This document shows, piece after piece, positions 20,318 through 31,500 of a DNA stretch of 64,000 nucleotides. The stretch is taken from contig CBFGTS010000010.1 in assembly GCA_965652295.1 (NCBI GenBank), forward strand, positions 1 through 64,000, given 5' to 3'. Positions within the stretch are counted from its first letter, which is position 1. Every line of letters begins with the position of its first letter. Position numbers and translations under genes: made by a program. This stretch comes from an uncultured Haloferula sp. Lineage in GTDB: Bacteria > Verrucomicrobiota > Verrucomicrobiia > Verrucomicrobiales > Akkermansiaceae. The notes beneath the pieces are model-generated. The model was not told where the DNA came from, ran no database searches, and worked only from the letters and a program-made list of their open reading frames with translations.

Positions 20318-20845
20318 CTATTCGAGCGCCTTTTCGATGGCGGCGGTGACCTCGGGTGAGTCAGGCGTGGTTTTGGGCTCGAAACGTGCCAGCGGCTTGC
20401 CGTCTTTCGAAATGAGGAATTTGCCGAAATTCCACGTCACCTCGCCGGGGAACGCGCCGTTTTCCCCGGTCAGTGCGGTGTAAAGCGGGTGCTGGTCCGG
20501 TCCCTTGACGTGAACCTTGTCCATGAGCGGGAAGCTGACATCGAACTTCGTCTTGCAGAAGGCGGCGATTTCCTCGGGGCTGCCCGGTTCCTGATTCGCG
20601 AAGTCATTGCAGGGAAAGCCGAGCACCGTGAAACCGCGGTCCTTGTAGCGGTCGTGGATCGCCTCGAGCGCTTCGTACTGCGGGGTGAGCCCGCATTTCG
20701 AGGCGGTGTTCACGATGAGCACCACCTTGCCCTGGTAGCCGGCCAGCGAGGTGGGCTTTCCCTCGATCGTGTTGAAGGGGATCTCTTTCAAATCGTCGGC
20801 GGCGAGGGGCAGGGTGATGGCCAGCAGGGCGGGGAGGGTTCTCAT
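20318..20845 (-). CDS. Cys-type glutathione peroxidase with signal peptide
   Basis: VNTASKCGLTPQY, LGFPCNDF..QEPG, WNFGKFL. Confidence 0.93.
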   Translation of the reverse strand: MRTLPALLAITLPLAADDLKEIPFNTIEGKPTSLAGYQGKVVLIVNTASKCGLTPQYEALEAIHDRYKDRGFTVLGFPCNDFANQEPGSPEEIAAFCKTKFDVSFPLMDKVHVKGPDQHPLYTALTGENGAFPGEVTWNFGKFLISKDGKPLARFEPKTTPDSPEVTAAIEKALE

Positions 20846-20887
20846 TCCCCGCACCTTAGGCGGATTTCGTGGCGGGGCAAGACGGCG

Positions 20888-23800
20888 TCAGGGCTCCGCG
20901 CCTTCGACCAGGCGGAAGAACCGCCGGGGCTGCGAGGCGGTGTCCACCGGCAGGTCGACCGTGTGGCTGGCGGCAGGTGCGGTGAACTCGGATCCGACGA
21001 GCGGGGCGAGGGTGGTGAGGCCGGTGCCGGCTTCGAGGTGATACACCGATCCCGACTTCAGGTTTCCGAAGTTCAGCGAGAACGTGTCGCCACTTTGGGA
21101 AAGCGTGACCGAGACGGTGCGCGGCGGTGCCGAGGGAATGGAGTTCCCGTCGTTCGGGTCGCTGCCGGCGAGCGCTTCCTCGCCGTCGGTGAAGCCGTCG
21201 TTGTCACTGTCGTCGTCGAAGGGATCGGTGCCGGTGATGGTGAACTCTTCGAGGTTCGTCAGGTCGTCGCCGTCGGGGTCGTCCTCCGCGCCCATGTCGT
21301 CGAGGTGGGTGACCCCGGCGAAAGAGAACTCCCAGGCATCATCGAGGCCGTCGCCATCCGCATCGCCCGGAGGTGCGGCCGGGCCGGCGTTCATGCTGGC
21401 GAGCAGATCGGCGGTGCCGAGCGTGCCACTCCAGATGCGGAACTCGGAGATGCGGCCGGTGAAATCACGGTCGCCGAACTCGACCGAGGCCCCGAGCGCG
21501 AACTGGTTCATATCGATCTCTTCCAGCGATTTGCCGCCGAGCGAGGACGAGACCTGTTGGAACGAGCCGTTGGGTCGGCCGACATAGATGACGAGTTCGT
21601 CATCCACCGGATCCCATACGCCGGCGAGATAATAGGGAGTGCCGCCCTGAGCGAGGGCCAGGCCGTTGTAGGTGGTCGTCGAGTGGCTTTCATCGTCGCC
21701 ATCGCTGCAGGAGACGCTGACACCGAAGCCTTCGTTGCCCCGGCGGGGCGTGAGGTCCATGTAACCTCCTCCCGCGCCATGGCCGGCCATGAATGCTTTG
21801 GACCAGATTTGGGCGGTGTCCTGCACCACCCAGCACTCGATCGTCACGCCGTAGGGGTTCCGCAGCGAGAAGGAAAGGGAGGCCATCGCGTCGCTCTCGG
21901 CGCGGGCATAGTGGCTGCGCGGGGTGCCGCCGGGGAGGACGAGTTCGCCGGAGGAGACGCTGGCGTTGCCGACCAGAGTCAGGTCGGCATGGCCCACGGA
22001 GTCGGCCGTGTCCTGGTCGAACGCCCAGCGGTGCAGCATGACGGGATCGGGAACCTCGGGAATGCTGGCGCTGTCGAGCGGGTCGGAGCCTTTCGTGAGT
22101 TCGAAGCCATCGCCGAAGTTGTCGCCATCGGAATCCCGGACGAGGGGATTGGTGCCGTTTTGGTACTCCTGGAGATTGGTGAGGTCGTCCTGATCGTCGT
22201 CGAGTGCGGCCACCAGGTCGTCGAGGTGGTTGACACCGGCGAAGGAGAATTCCCATTCATCCGGAAGGCCGTCGAGGTCGATGTCACCCGGCGGCTGCCC
22301 AGGACCGGCGGCGAAGCTGGCTGCCACGTCCTCGGCACCCAGTGAGCCGCTCCAGATCCGGAACTCGCGGATTCTTCCGCCGAAGTCCGACTGGCTGGTG
22401 AACTCGACCGAGCGGCCGAGGTAGAATTCATTGATCACGACGTCGCTGAGCTTCTTCCCGCCCATGCTGGTGGTGAAGGTCTGCAACGGCGCGCCCACCT
22501 CGCCGACGTGCATTGTGAGTTGGTCGGTGATCGGGTCCCAGGTGCAGGCCATGTAGTATTCCTGATCCGTGTAGAGGGCGCCGTCCTGGAGGCCGGGCAT
22601 GTAGATGCCTTCGCGATAGATCTCGCTGCCATTCGTGTGGATGGCCATGTCGTTGAGCTGGGCACCGGTCTGGCGCCGCGGGGTTACGGAAAGGTAGCTA
22701 CCATCGAAGCCGCGGCCCGCCATGAAGAGCTTCGCCCAGTTCCGTGCGAAGCGTTGCTGGAACCAGAATTCCATCGTCACGGCGTAGGACTGGTTGAGCG
22801 TTTCAGCCAACTCGATGAGTTGGTTGCCTGTTGTCGCCGCGTAGTCGCGCTGCTTGCCGCCGCCGGGGAGGAAGAGGGAGCCATTGCTGACGGCCGCGTT
22901 TCCGACCATGCCGAAGTCGGCTGAGCCCACGCTGTCGGTGGCGTCGATCTCGAACGAGTAGCGGTGCGCCAGCACGGCGGACGGGGTGCTTTCCGGGTCA
23001 TTCGGATCGGTGCCACGGCGGCGCTCGATGTAGTCGGAATAGAGATCTCCATCCGTATCGGCCAGCGTGGGATCGGAACTCATGACTCCGTGGTTGAACT
23101 CCTCGGCGTCGGACAGCCCGTCGCCATCGAAGTCGCCGGTTCCCGCCCCCGGGCCGCTGCCCGCGGGCAGGTTGCCGTCGAGATCGGAAAGCGATGAAAT
23201 GCCCGCGAACGAAAGCTCCCAGGTGTCGGCCAAGCCGTCGATGTCGCTGTCATCGGTGGGGTTTGGCCCGGCAGCGAAATGGGCGGCCACGCTGGCGTCG
23301 CCGAGTGCACCCTTCCAGATGCGGAGTTCATCGATGGAGCCCTGGAAATCGGGATCCGCGAAAGAAACCGCCGCGCCGAGGTGGAATTGGAGCAGGTCCA
23401 GATCCGCAAGTGAGCGTCCACCCATGCTGGTGGCTGGGAATTTCGACACCGTGCCGCCGGCCGGCCCGAGGTGCAGGACGAGCTGGTTCTCGGCCTCGTC
23501 CCAGATGGCGGCGAAGTAGTAGGGCGTGTTGTTGGCGACGCTGGCCCCCGTGGTGAGGAGATTCACCTCGTCCGCACCGCTGGTGCGGATGGACATGCTC
23601 GAAGTGTCGTCGCCCTCGCCCCGCCGGGCGGTCAGGTCGAGATATTCGGTGCCGGTCGGGTTCCCGCCCATGAAAACCTTGGCCCAATCCTGGGCGACGG
23701 CCTGGGTGAACCAGCCTTCGATCGTGATCGCCTGGCTACCTTGGATGGTCGCCGCGAGTTCCGTGAGAGAGCTGCCAAGGGCCTCGGCGTGGTTCACGCG

Positions 23801-25900
23801 GGTGCCCCCGCCCGGCAGGTTGAGCTGCCCGTCCGAGACGTCGGCACTGCCCTTGAGGCTCAGATCGGCGGTGCCGATCCCATCCTGGGCATCGGCATTG
23901 AACGAATACCGGTGAGCCAGCGTGACCGGGGGCTGCGCACCTTGGTCGAGCACGGTGATCACCACCCGCACGACTTCATTGAGGGCGGCATTGGTGGGGT
24001 CGACAATGTTCACGAACAACTCGAAGTCAGCGGGATCGTTCCAGCCGGAGGACAGTGCGGTGAAATCCAATGCCGAGGGACGGGCGACCGAGACGATGCC
24101 GGTGGGGCCGATGAGAAAGGCACCGCTCTCGTTTCCCGAGGCGATGCTGAAAGCGAGGGTCGCGGTGCCGTGATCGTTTTTCGCACGCACCTGACCGAGT
24201 TGGGTGCCGATGGGTGCGAATTCCCGGACGGTGAATCGCTCGGGAGACACGGCGTTGCCGATCGTGCCGTTGATTTCGTAGTGGCCGATCGAGCCGTAGT
24301 CGGAGTAGCCGGTGCCGAGCACCGAGCCGCGGCCGAGGCCGTCCACGTGCAGCGTGTAGGTCCCTTGCGGGAGGCTGGCCTGGGTCAGCGTGGCGGCGAG
24401 TTCCGCATCGGGGTTCGAGGAGGCGATGACGGTGCCTGTATGGTCCCGGAGCTCGACGCTGAGGTCGATGTTCGGCCCCTCCGCCACCGGTTCGAAAAAC
24501 AGAGAGAGGTTGCCGATGGCGGTGGTGGTGAAGGTGAAGACATCGACGTCACCGCGCGAGCTGATGATGCCGTCGTCATCCACCGCGCTGCCATAAAGCT
24601 CCAGCGGGCTGGCGGTGCCGGCGGTGTTGCCGTGATCGTCGGCCCGGACATCAACGGCGTTATGGCTGTTGATGACGATCAGGTCATCCTCGGTGTTGTT
24701 GGCGTTGCTGTATTCGCCGGCGGACCACTGGGTGAGGTTCTCGTAGTAGCCGACGCCCATGATCGGAGCCCAGCCGGTCTCGCCATCGCCGTGGCCGCCG
24801 TAGTACTCGGTGCCGTCGTTCTGGCCGTCGTGGCGGAGGCCGAGGGTGTGGCCCAGCTCGTGGGAGATGACCTCCGCCGCCGATTTTCCCGTGGAGTAGA
24901 ACGCCCAGCAGGGGGTGTCTCCGTCCCAATTCCACGAACCGATGAAGGCAACTCCGCCGGCGCCCGGTGCGGCGTCCGTGGTGGGCGTGATGATGCAGCG
25001 CTGGCGTGAGCTCTGCGGGGCGTCGAGGTAGACCTGGAGGTCGGTGGTGACGTTGATATTGAAAGGCGCGAAATCTTCAGCAACGCGTGCCCAGACGCGG
25101 TAGATCTGGTTGTTCGAGGCTCCGGAGGGGGCGGCATCGACGGTGACGTTCGACCAGGACTCGAACGGCCCCTCCTCGCCATCGAAGTCGAGGTAGATCA
25201 CGCCCGTCGCGCCGGGCAGGCTGTTCAACGGAATCACCCCGTTCTGGTAGTCGGGGATGTCCACGTCTGTCGGATGCTCCAGGGGGACGAGCGGCTCCGG
25301 CTCAAGGTCCGGCGCGGGAGGCAGGCTCATGCAGCTCACCTCGTCGGCGTCCTTGTGAATCAGCACGGGCTCGCCATCTTCGCCTTCCTTCATGGAGTAG
25401 GCATCCGGAGCGTCGGTGAACCGGATTGCTCCTTCATAGGCCCCCGACGGTGTGCCCTCCGCCTGACGGATGAAAACAAAGATGCCCTTTGACGGCTCCA
25501 ACACGCGGCCCGAGACGAACTTCCAGCCGCCATCGTCGCCGGCACGGAACTGGTCGACGACCATCTCCGCCTGGCGCCCGTCCGGCAGGGCGAGCTTCAC
25601 GTTGCGCCCCGGTGTCCAGGCATCGAAAGCGTCCTTTTCCAGGCTGCGGCGGACCGGCTGCACTGAAACGGTCTGCAAGCCGCGCTGTTTCGGAGCGGCG
25701 TGTTGATGACCCGGATGATTGCAGCCCGCCGTGGTGCAGGACGATGTTTCAAGTGAGCGTGCGGCTGGTCGGGAAACGCCTTCAGCTTCCACCGCTGTCG
25801 CACGCGGGCCGGTGGTCTTTTTGGGAAGAAAGCCGGGAGCAATCGCGAGACCGACGCCGAGAGCGGCGAGGGCCAGAAGGGAGGTCCTCTTGGGAGACAT
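20888..25900 (-). CDS. Large secreted metzincin metalloprotease with PPC/cadherin-like region, three LamG-like modules, Ca-binding DxDxDG repeats and FxRL tail
   Basis: HELGHTLGLRH zinc motif, Met-turn APIMG; three HR(Y/W)(S/A)F...E(L/F)RIW modules; ends RRFFRLVEGAEP. Confidence 0.85.
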   Translation of the reverse strand: MSPKRTSLLALAALGVGLAIAPGFLPKKTTGPRATAVEAEGVSRPAARSLETSSCTTAGCNHPGHQHAAPKQRGLQTVSVQPVRRSLEKDAFDAWTPGRNVKLALPDGRQAEMVVDQFRAGDDGGWKFVSGRVLEPSKGIFVFIRQAEGTPSGAYEGAIRFTDAPDAYSMKEGEDGEPVLIHKDADEVSCMSLPPAPDLEPEPLVPLEHPTDVDIPDYQNGVIPLNSLPGATGVIYLDFDGEEGPFESWSNVTVDAAPSGASNNQIYRVWARVAEDFAPFNINVTTDLQVYLDAPQSSRQRCIITPTTDAAPGAGGVAFIGSWNWDGDTPCWAFYSTGKSAAEVISHELGHTLGLRHDGQNDGTEYYGGHGDGETGWAPIMGVGYYENLTQWSAGEYSNANNTEDDLIVINSHNAVDVRADDHGNTAGTASPLELYGSAVDDDGIISSRGDVDVFTFTTTAIGNLSLFFEPVAEGPNIDLSVELRDHTGTVIASSNPDAELAATLTQASLPQGTYTLHVDGLGRGSVLGTGYSDYGSIGHYEINGTIGNAVSPERFTVREFAPIGTQLGQVRAKNDHGTATLAFSIASGNESGAFLIGPTGIVSVARPSALDFTALSSGWNDPADFELFVNIVDPTNAALNEVVRVVITVLDQGAQPPVTLAHRYSFNADAQDGIGTADLSLKGSADVSDGQLNLPGGGTRVNHAEALGSSLTELAATIQGSQAITIEGWFTQAVAQDWAKVFMGGNPTGTEYLDLTARRGEGDDTSSMSIRTSGADEVNLLTTGASVANNTPYYFAAIWDEAENQLVLHLGPAGGTVSKFPATSMGGRSLADLDLLQFHLGAAVSFADPDFQGSIDELRIWKGALGDASVAAHFAAGPNPTDDSDIDGLADTWELSFAGISSLSDLDGNLPAGSGPGAGTGDFDGDGLSDAEEFNHGVMSSDPTLADTDGDLYSDYIERRRGTDPNDPESTPSAVLAHRYSFEIDATDSVGSADFGMVGNAAVSNGSLFLPGGGKQRDYAATTGNQLIELAETLNQSYAVTMEFWFQQRFARNWAKLFMAGRGFDGSYLSVTPRRQTGAQLNDMAIHTNGSEIYREGIYMPGLQDGALYTDQEYYMACTWDPITDQLTMHVGEVGAPLQTFTTSMGGKKLSDVVINEFYLGRSVEFTSQSDFGGRIREFRIWSGSLGAEDVAASFAAGPGQPPGDIDLDGLPDEWEFSFAGVNHLDDLVAALDDDQDDLTNLQEYQNGTNPLVRDSDGDNFGDGFELTKGSDPLDSASIPEVPDPVMLHRWAFDQDTADSVGHADLTLVGNASVSSGELVLPGGTPRSHYARAESDAMASLSFSLRNPYGVTIECWVVQDTAQIWSKAFMAGHGAGGGYMDLTPRRGNEGFGVSVSCSDGDDESHSTTTYNGLALAQGGTPYYLAGVWDPVDDELVIYVGRPNGSFQQVSSSLGGKSLEEIDMNQFALGASVEFGDRDFTGRISEFRIWSGTLGTADLLASMNAGPAAPPGDADGDGLDDAWEFSFAGVTHLDDMGAEDDPDGDDLTNLEEFTITGTDPFDDDSDNDGFTDGEEALAGSDPNDGNSIPSAPPRTVSVTLSQSGDTFSLNFGNLKSGSVYHLEAGTGLTTLAPLVGSEFTAPAASHTVDLPVDTASQPRRFFRLVEGAEP

Positions 25901-26074
25901 CTGGGTGGATCTTTGGTTTTAGTTCGGGGCCGCGGTGGGAGCGGCCGTGGGTGGCTACGGCCTCAGGTTTGAGAACCTTCGCGGAAAATGCATAGCGGAG
26001 GACGGATAGACCAGCCGCAACCGCAGATATCTTGTGTGGGTCGTTGGCACAATTGTCGGGTGGGGGAAATCGAG

Positions 26075-26518
26075 TCATCGCATCGCCCGCAGCGCGGAGG
26101 CCACGGCCACGGGCAGGCTCACCGGGCCGTCGCCGCCGAGGCGGTGGTCGATTTCCTCCAGCCGCTGGATCAGGTCGCGCACCTCGTGGCGTTTCGCCGG
26201 CCCGCCGGCGGCATCGCAGAAATGGGTGCGGCAGCCGAAGGGGCGGCCTTCGTAAATGCGGCATCTGGCCGAGCCGGGATCGAGGAACGGACATGAGCCG
26301 TCGGCAGGCATGTCGAAGGATTTCCGGCCCGCCGCGCGCCACGCTTTGGCGGCGACGACCGCCTCGCCCTTGGTGAGGTAGGGCGTGTGGCCGGCGAGGC
26401 GGAAGCGGCAGCAATCGGCGATGCCGGTGCAGTGGCGCTCGATCGGTCTGCTACGCCACTCGTCGTAGATGGCGCGCACCTCGCGGAGGGCGGCTTCGAG
26501 GTCGGGATTGCGTTTCAC
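26075..26518 (-). CDS. YkgJ family cysteine-cluster protein
   Basis: CTGIADCC, CPFLD..CRIYEGRPFGCRTHFC. Confidence 0.85.
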   Translation of the reverse strand: MKRNPDLEAALREVRAIYDEWRSRPIERHCTGIADCCRFRLAGHTPYLTKGEAVVAAKAWRAAGRKSFDMPADGSCPFLDPGSARCRIYEGRPFGCRTHFCDAAGGPAKRHEVRDLIQRLEEIDHRLGGDGPVSLPVAVASALRAMR

Positions 26519-26542
26519 GGGGTGGATCCAGTGCCGCAGGCC

Positions 26543-27265
26543 TCACGGCTTGCCCCGACGACGGTCCGCGGCGGTTTGCTCAAGGTAATCGATCTGGATC
26601 TTTGCCTGGTCGATCTGGTGCTCGAGTCCGCGGATTTCCTGATCCAGCTTCTCGGCCTTGCGACGCAGGTAGTCGGCCTTTCGGGACGGAATGCTTCGGT
26701 ATTCGTCGTAATAAATGCGGACCGTGCCGGCGGCGCGGCTGTTACTTTCACGGATCTCCGCCTGTTTTTCGGCGATCTCCGACTCGGCGTTGCGGATCCC
26801 GGCTTCGAGCTGTTGGATCCGGATGAGCTCCTGCTCATTGAGGCCGTCGCGGCTGCCCGGGATAACGAGGGCGGGCCGCGGCTCCTTGCCGGGAACGGAG
26901 CGGGGGCGTTGCGCGCCGTGTCGGGCGGCCGTCTCGATCTTCCGAAGCTTCTGTTCCTTGGCGATCATGGCGGCGCGGCGGGCTGCTTCGGCCTCTTGTT
27001 CCGCCTCGCGCTGGCGTTGGGCGAGGGCCGCGGCGGGATCGTATTCGAACTTCTTCGCCAGCGTCCGGGGCAGGCTGCGGAAGGGAATCCGCGCGGTGCC
27101 GGCGGAATGCATGATCTTCACACCAATGTCGTCCGCTGAAAGAATGGTGACGTCTTCGTAGACCTTGCCTCCCTTCACTTCGAGTTCATCGAGCTTCATC
27201 GGCAGCTCGACGGCAAGTGAGGTGATCGGCAACAGGCCGGCGATGAGGAGGAGGAAGGTTTTCAT
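26543..27265 (-). CDS. Secreted hypothetical protein with coiled coils
   Basis: Signal peptide; N-terminal GKVYEDVTI...HSAGTARIPF..LP..L..KF.YDP module; heptad-rich C-terminus. Confidence 0.65.
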   Translation of the reverse strand: MKTFLLLIAGLLPITSLAVELPMKLDELEVKGGKVYEDVTILSADDIGVKIMHSAGTARIPFRSLPRTLAKKFEYDPAAALAQRQREAEQEAEAARRAAMIAKEQKLRKIETAARHGAQRPRSVPGKEPRPALVIPGSRDGLNEQELIRIQQLEAGIRNAESEIAEKQAEIRESNSRAAGTVRIYYDEYRSIPSRKADYLRRKAEKLDQEIRGLEHQIDQAKIQIDYLEQTAADRRRGKP

Positions 27266-27366
27266 CGGCTCGAAAGCCTAGCCACCCGTCAGGGTCACGG
27301 TCAAGGCAGGGTCAGGAGTCGCCGGAGCCGATGCACCGGCGGCTTCGAAAGCCTCCACCCGTATGG

Positions 27367-28572
27367 TCAGAAACGTGATAAAACGTTGATGATTTCCGAT
27401 ATGTCGAGGTGCTCCTGCTCGAAGCGGCCCTTGGTGCCACGGGATTTCATCTCGTGGAGCAGTGGATGGAGGTCGGCAAGCGTGGTGCCGGCCAGGAGGC
27501 GGTCGAGCGTGCGTCGTTCGGCGGCGGTGAAGGGCTCGCCTCCCTGAGTGGGCGACATGAGGAAGGGCTGGAAATGGCGACCGGTACGCTCGCGTAGGTC
27601 GCGCAGGATGTCGAAGCCGGCGGGGTCGGTATCGCCGAAATGATGACATGACAGATCGGCTGGGAGTTTTTCCAACAGCAATCGCGTGGCGGATCCGGGG
27701 AAGCTGGTGTGGATGAGCAGCACGCCGGGATTCCGGCGGGCGAGTTCGAGGAAGACGCTTTCGTTTTCGACGGTGAGAAGGGCGCGGCTGCGGACTTCGG
27801 GGATGGCGCGATCGAGGTCGATGGCGGAGAGGGAAACCGGGCCGGCCAGTGGGGTGAGGTCGAGCGAGGCACCGGAGAAATGGAGCACCAGCGGCCCGTG
27901 GACGGTGACCGAGCGCGGGACATCGAGGATGCCGTAGGTTTCGAGTGTGGTGTCCTCCCGAGTGGTGAGGGCGCGCAAGGCGGCCTCCAGGCGGGGCCGG
28001 AGGGATTCGAGGGCTTTCGAGTCGCCGGTGAGGCGGACGCTGGCGTAGCGGATGAGGCTTTCGTGCGGCCAGTTGAGGACCCCGTGAAGGGCGTCGAGCA
28101 GCCGCTGGTTGGCGTCCGGATCCTCGCGGGCGAAAGGGTGGACGGACGCCCCGGAAAGAGCGGCTGCGGCGAGGGAGTCGAGCCAGTTTTTCCAAGCCTC
28201 GGGATCGGGCACCGCAAGCTGGCGGGCCTTGAGGAAGACGTCCGCGAGTTGCTGGCGGGCGGCTGCTGGCGAACGGAGGCCGAGCATTTCGAAGAGCCAG
28301 GTTTCGCCGGTCGCGGCAGAGAGTCGGACGCGCTGGGGAAGGCCGGAGCGTGGGTGGCGGTCGATGCGTAGTGCTCCGTTGGAAGTGGCCTCGGCGGTGG
28401 CAAGATCGCGCTCGGCCAGCTCGCGGGCATCGCCATCATCCAGTCCGGCTCGGCGGAGGAGCCTTTCGTAATCGATGGTGAAATCTCTTTCCGCCCCCGT
28501 GCGACCGGCGGCGGAAGCGCGGTAGATTTCGGCGAGGGCTTGGAGAGCGGTTTTCATCACCACGACGATCAT
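27367..28572 (-). CDS. jetD: Wadjet nuclease JetD (Toprim/DUF2220-like); start 28572 or 28557
   Basis: LTVENESVF, HFGDTDPAGFDI, FEQEHL Toprim motifs; directly after the SMC gene. Confidence 0.85.
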   Translation of the reverse strand: MIVVVMKTALQALAEIYRASAAGRTGAERDFTIDYERLLRRAGLDDGDARELAERDLATAEATSNGALRIDRHPRSGLPQRVRLSAATGETWLFEMLGLRSPAAARQQLADVFLKARQLAVPDPEAWKNWLDSLAAAALSGASVHPFAREDPDANQRLLDALHGVLNWPHESLIRYASVRLTGDSKALESLRPRLEAALRALTTREDTTLETYGILDVPRSVTVHGPLVLHFSGASLDLTPLAGPVSLSAIDLDRAIPEVRSRALLTVENESVFLELARRNPGVLLIHTSFPGSATRLLLEKLPADLSCHHFGDTDPAGFDILRDLRERTGRHFQPFLMSPTQGGEPFTAAERRTLDRLLAGTTLADLHPLLHEMKSRGTKGRFEQEHLDISEIINVLSRF

Positions 28573-28580
28573 GCCACGGC

Positions 28581-31500
28581 TCAGGTGGCGGCGGCTTCGG
28601 CGATCCACTTCTGGCCTTCGGGAGAGTCGCGGTAGAGGACGACGGGGACGTTTCTTACGCCAACCCTCGTACCCCGACGCTCTTCCTTCCGGGAGATGAC
28701 GATGAGCTCGTCGCACTGGCTGAAGGCGTAGGGGATGTTGCCGCTGGACATGGAGAACATGCCCTGGAGATCGAGTTCGGACATGGCCTCGATGCAGTTC
28801 TGGATGCGCTCGCCGGAGAGTTTGGAGAAGGCCTCGTCGATCGGCACGAGGGCCAGCGAGGGCTCCTTGCGGCGGCTTTCGTGGCGGTTGTAGGCGTGGA
28901 GGTAGCTGGCGAGGATGGCGACGAAATACGGGCTCTGGTTCTCGCCGCCGCTCATCTTGCCGCTCTGCTTGTCGACGCTGATCGAGCGGCCGTCGGGATC
29001 GCGGATGTCGGTGACGGTGAGGTCGTAGTCGAAATACTGGCGGTAATCCAAAAGCCGTGCGGCTTCGGGGCTGTTGGCGTTCTGGACGAGGAGGGTGAGG
29101 AAACTTTTAAGGGCGTCCTGCAGCTCGCCGCTCATGCTGGCGAAGAACAGCTCGTCCTCGTGGTGGAGGGCGTTGAGGTCGATGAGATCGCGGTAGATCT
29201 TGAAGTCGGGATTCGGGCGGCGCTCGATCTTGTAGCGGTCGTGGCCGATGGGCTTCTTGAGCTGGTGGTTGAGGAGCGAGATGATGTTCTCGACGTTCTT
29301 CAGGGCCTGCTGCATGCGGGTGAGGACCTGGGTGCGGAAAAGCATCTCCCACTGCTTCTTGGCGATGGTGGACTTCTTCTCGTACTCGGGGATGTTCGCG
29401 CCCTCGATCTGGGCGAGTCGGGCTTCGTAGGGAGCGGCGTCGGTGCCGTCCTCGGGGAGGTCGTCGAACTTCGGAGCAAAGGTTTTCTTGAAGTCGAGCA
29501 TGGCGACCTTCAGCTCGCCGGTGGCGTCCTTGGCGGCGAGTTCGGCGGCGACGGCGGCTTTGGCGAACTCCTTGGCGAGGACGTCGGACGCGGGGGTGTA
29601 TTCGGCGGCTTCCTGTTTCCAGGAAAGGTAGCGTTCGTGGTGCTGGTGGATGTCGATGCGGAGCTTCGCCTTGGAAAATTCGTCCTCGCGACGGCTGGCG
29701 GTTTCCATGAGCGAGTCGAGGAGCTTCTCGGTGTCCTGGATTTCGCGGACGCGGCCCTTGCGGAGGATGGAAGTACGCTCGGCATCGTAGGACGTGAGCT
29801 GCTCGGCGAGGACCTCGATGTCATCGCGCAGACGGTCGAACTCGTCGGTGGCGATGGCCTGGAGCTGGTCCATGAGTTCCTCGTGCTGTTCCTGCTTTTT
29901 CGGCAGGTCCTCGATGCGGATGAGTTCCTTGATGACGTCCTCGTGCTCGGGGATGGCGGCGGCGCGTTCGCGGATGAGGCGCTCGACCTCCATCTCGATG
30001 GGTTCGAGCCGGCGGATGGAGGCATCGATCTCGCCGAGGCGCTGGCGTTTGATTTCGAGCTGCCGCTTGAGTCCTTCCTGGCCGATGAAGGGGGTGCCGT
30101 TGTACGGTGCGGGCCGTACCAAGGTGCCGCGGCGTTTGTGGAGACCGTCGGGGGCGACGGCGGAGGGGTGGCGGTCGAGCTGGGTGGCATCGGCGACGCG
30201 GACGAGATCGCCGAAGAGCGAATCGATGCAGGCGCGGGCGTCGTCGTCGGTGGTGGAAAGAAGCTCGGCGAGGGTGCCTTTTTTTGCCCCGGGCTTGGAG
30301 GAGTGGATGGCTTTGAGCTCGATGAGCCGCTGCGGCCCGGCGTGGACGAGGTCGGCGGCGGGGAGCTGGCGGAGAATGTTGCTGGCTTCCTCGTAGTGGT
30401 TCGGCGCGACGAGGACGGCGAATTTTTCCTCGAAAACGACCTCGGCGGCGGCGCGCCAGTTTTCATCGGTGACCTCGCAGATTTCGCGCAGGGCGCGGGG
30501 CGGGGTGTCGTTGGGGAGGAGGGGGAGCTGGGATTTCAGCGCGGCAAGGAGCGGCTGGGGGCCGGGGGAAACGCCGCGCTGGAGGAGATCGATCTGGGCC
30601 TGGAGGTCGGATTTTTCCGACCGCAGCCGCCGGAGTTCCTCGCGGTCGGGCTCGAAGCGGGAGCGGATGGTCTTGACGGTCTCGTTCGCAGCCTCGGCGA
30701 GGAGGGAAAGGGACGAGGCGGTTTGCTCGCGCTCGCAGGAGTCGAGGAACTCGATGGCGTGCTTGAGTTTGGTGGTATCGACGACGGGATCGAGCGGGGC
30801 CTTGTGGACCTGCTCCATCCAGCCGCGGGCGGACTTGATGCGCTTGCCGAGGCCGCCGTCGAGGCGGGTGGCGCGGTCGCGGAGTTGCTCGATCTCGGCT
30901 TCGAGCTTGGCGATGTCGTCGGCGAGTTTTTTGTAAAGCCGGCCTTCGGAGGACTCGTTGAGGAGGGCGACGAGCGACTCGCGTTTGCGCTGGGTGGATT
31001 CGGTGAGGTCGGCGAGTTCGTTGAGGCGGGCTTCGTCGGCCTGGTTGTCGGTCTTGAGCTGGTCGAGACGGGTGCGGGTGCGCTCGGCTTCGCCGGCGGC
31101 ATGGGTGTGGGCGAATTCGGCGGCGAGGTAGGTGGCGACGGCGTGGTCTCGCTCGGACTCCCGAAGGGTGGTGGCGAGGTCGCGGATGCGGGTGAGGCGT
31201 TCGAGCTGGGCTTTGAGACTGGCGAGTTCGCGTTCGTAGGATTGGAAATCGCGGAAGGAGGAGACGACGTCTTCGACCGGCACGGCTTCGGCGGGGAGGA
31301 CGAACTGGCGGCAGAAGTCGTCGAAGGACTTGAGGTTGGTGAAGGACATCGCGCTGGGAAGCAGGCGCTGGAGGACGTCCTTGTTGAAGTTGAGGTGGCT
31401 GGGGTTGGCCATGTCCCGCAGGTATTCGCGGCCGGAGGAGAAGAGGCGGCCGCCGTGGGATTCGATGGTGCGCTTGAAGGCACCGAGCGGGCTGGGCCGG

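Noticed and set aside
20690..20700. Selenocysteine in the glutathione peroxidase
   Set aside because: The active-site codon is TGC (Cys) and the frame is uninterrupted.
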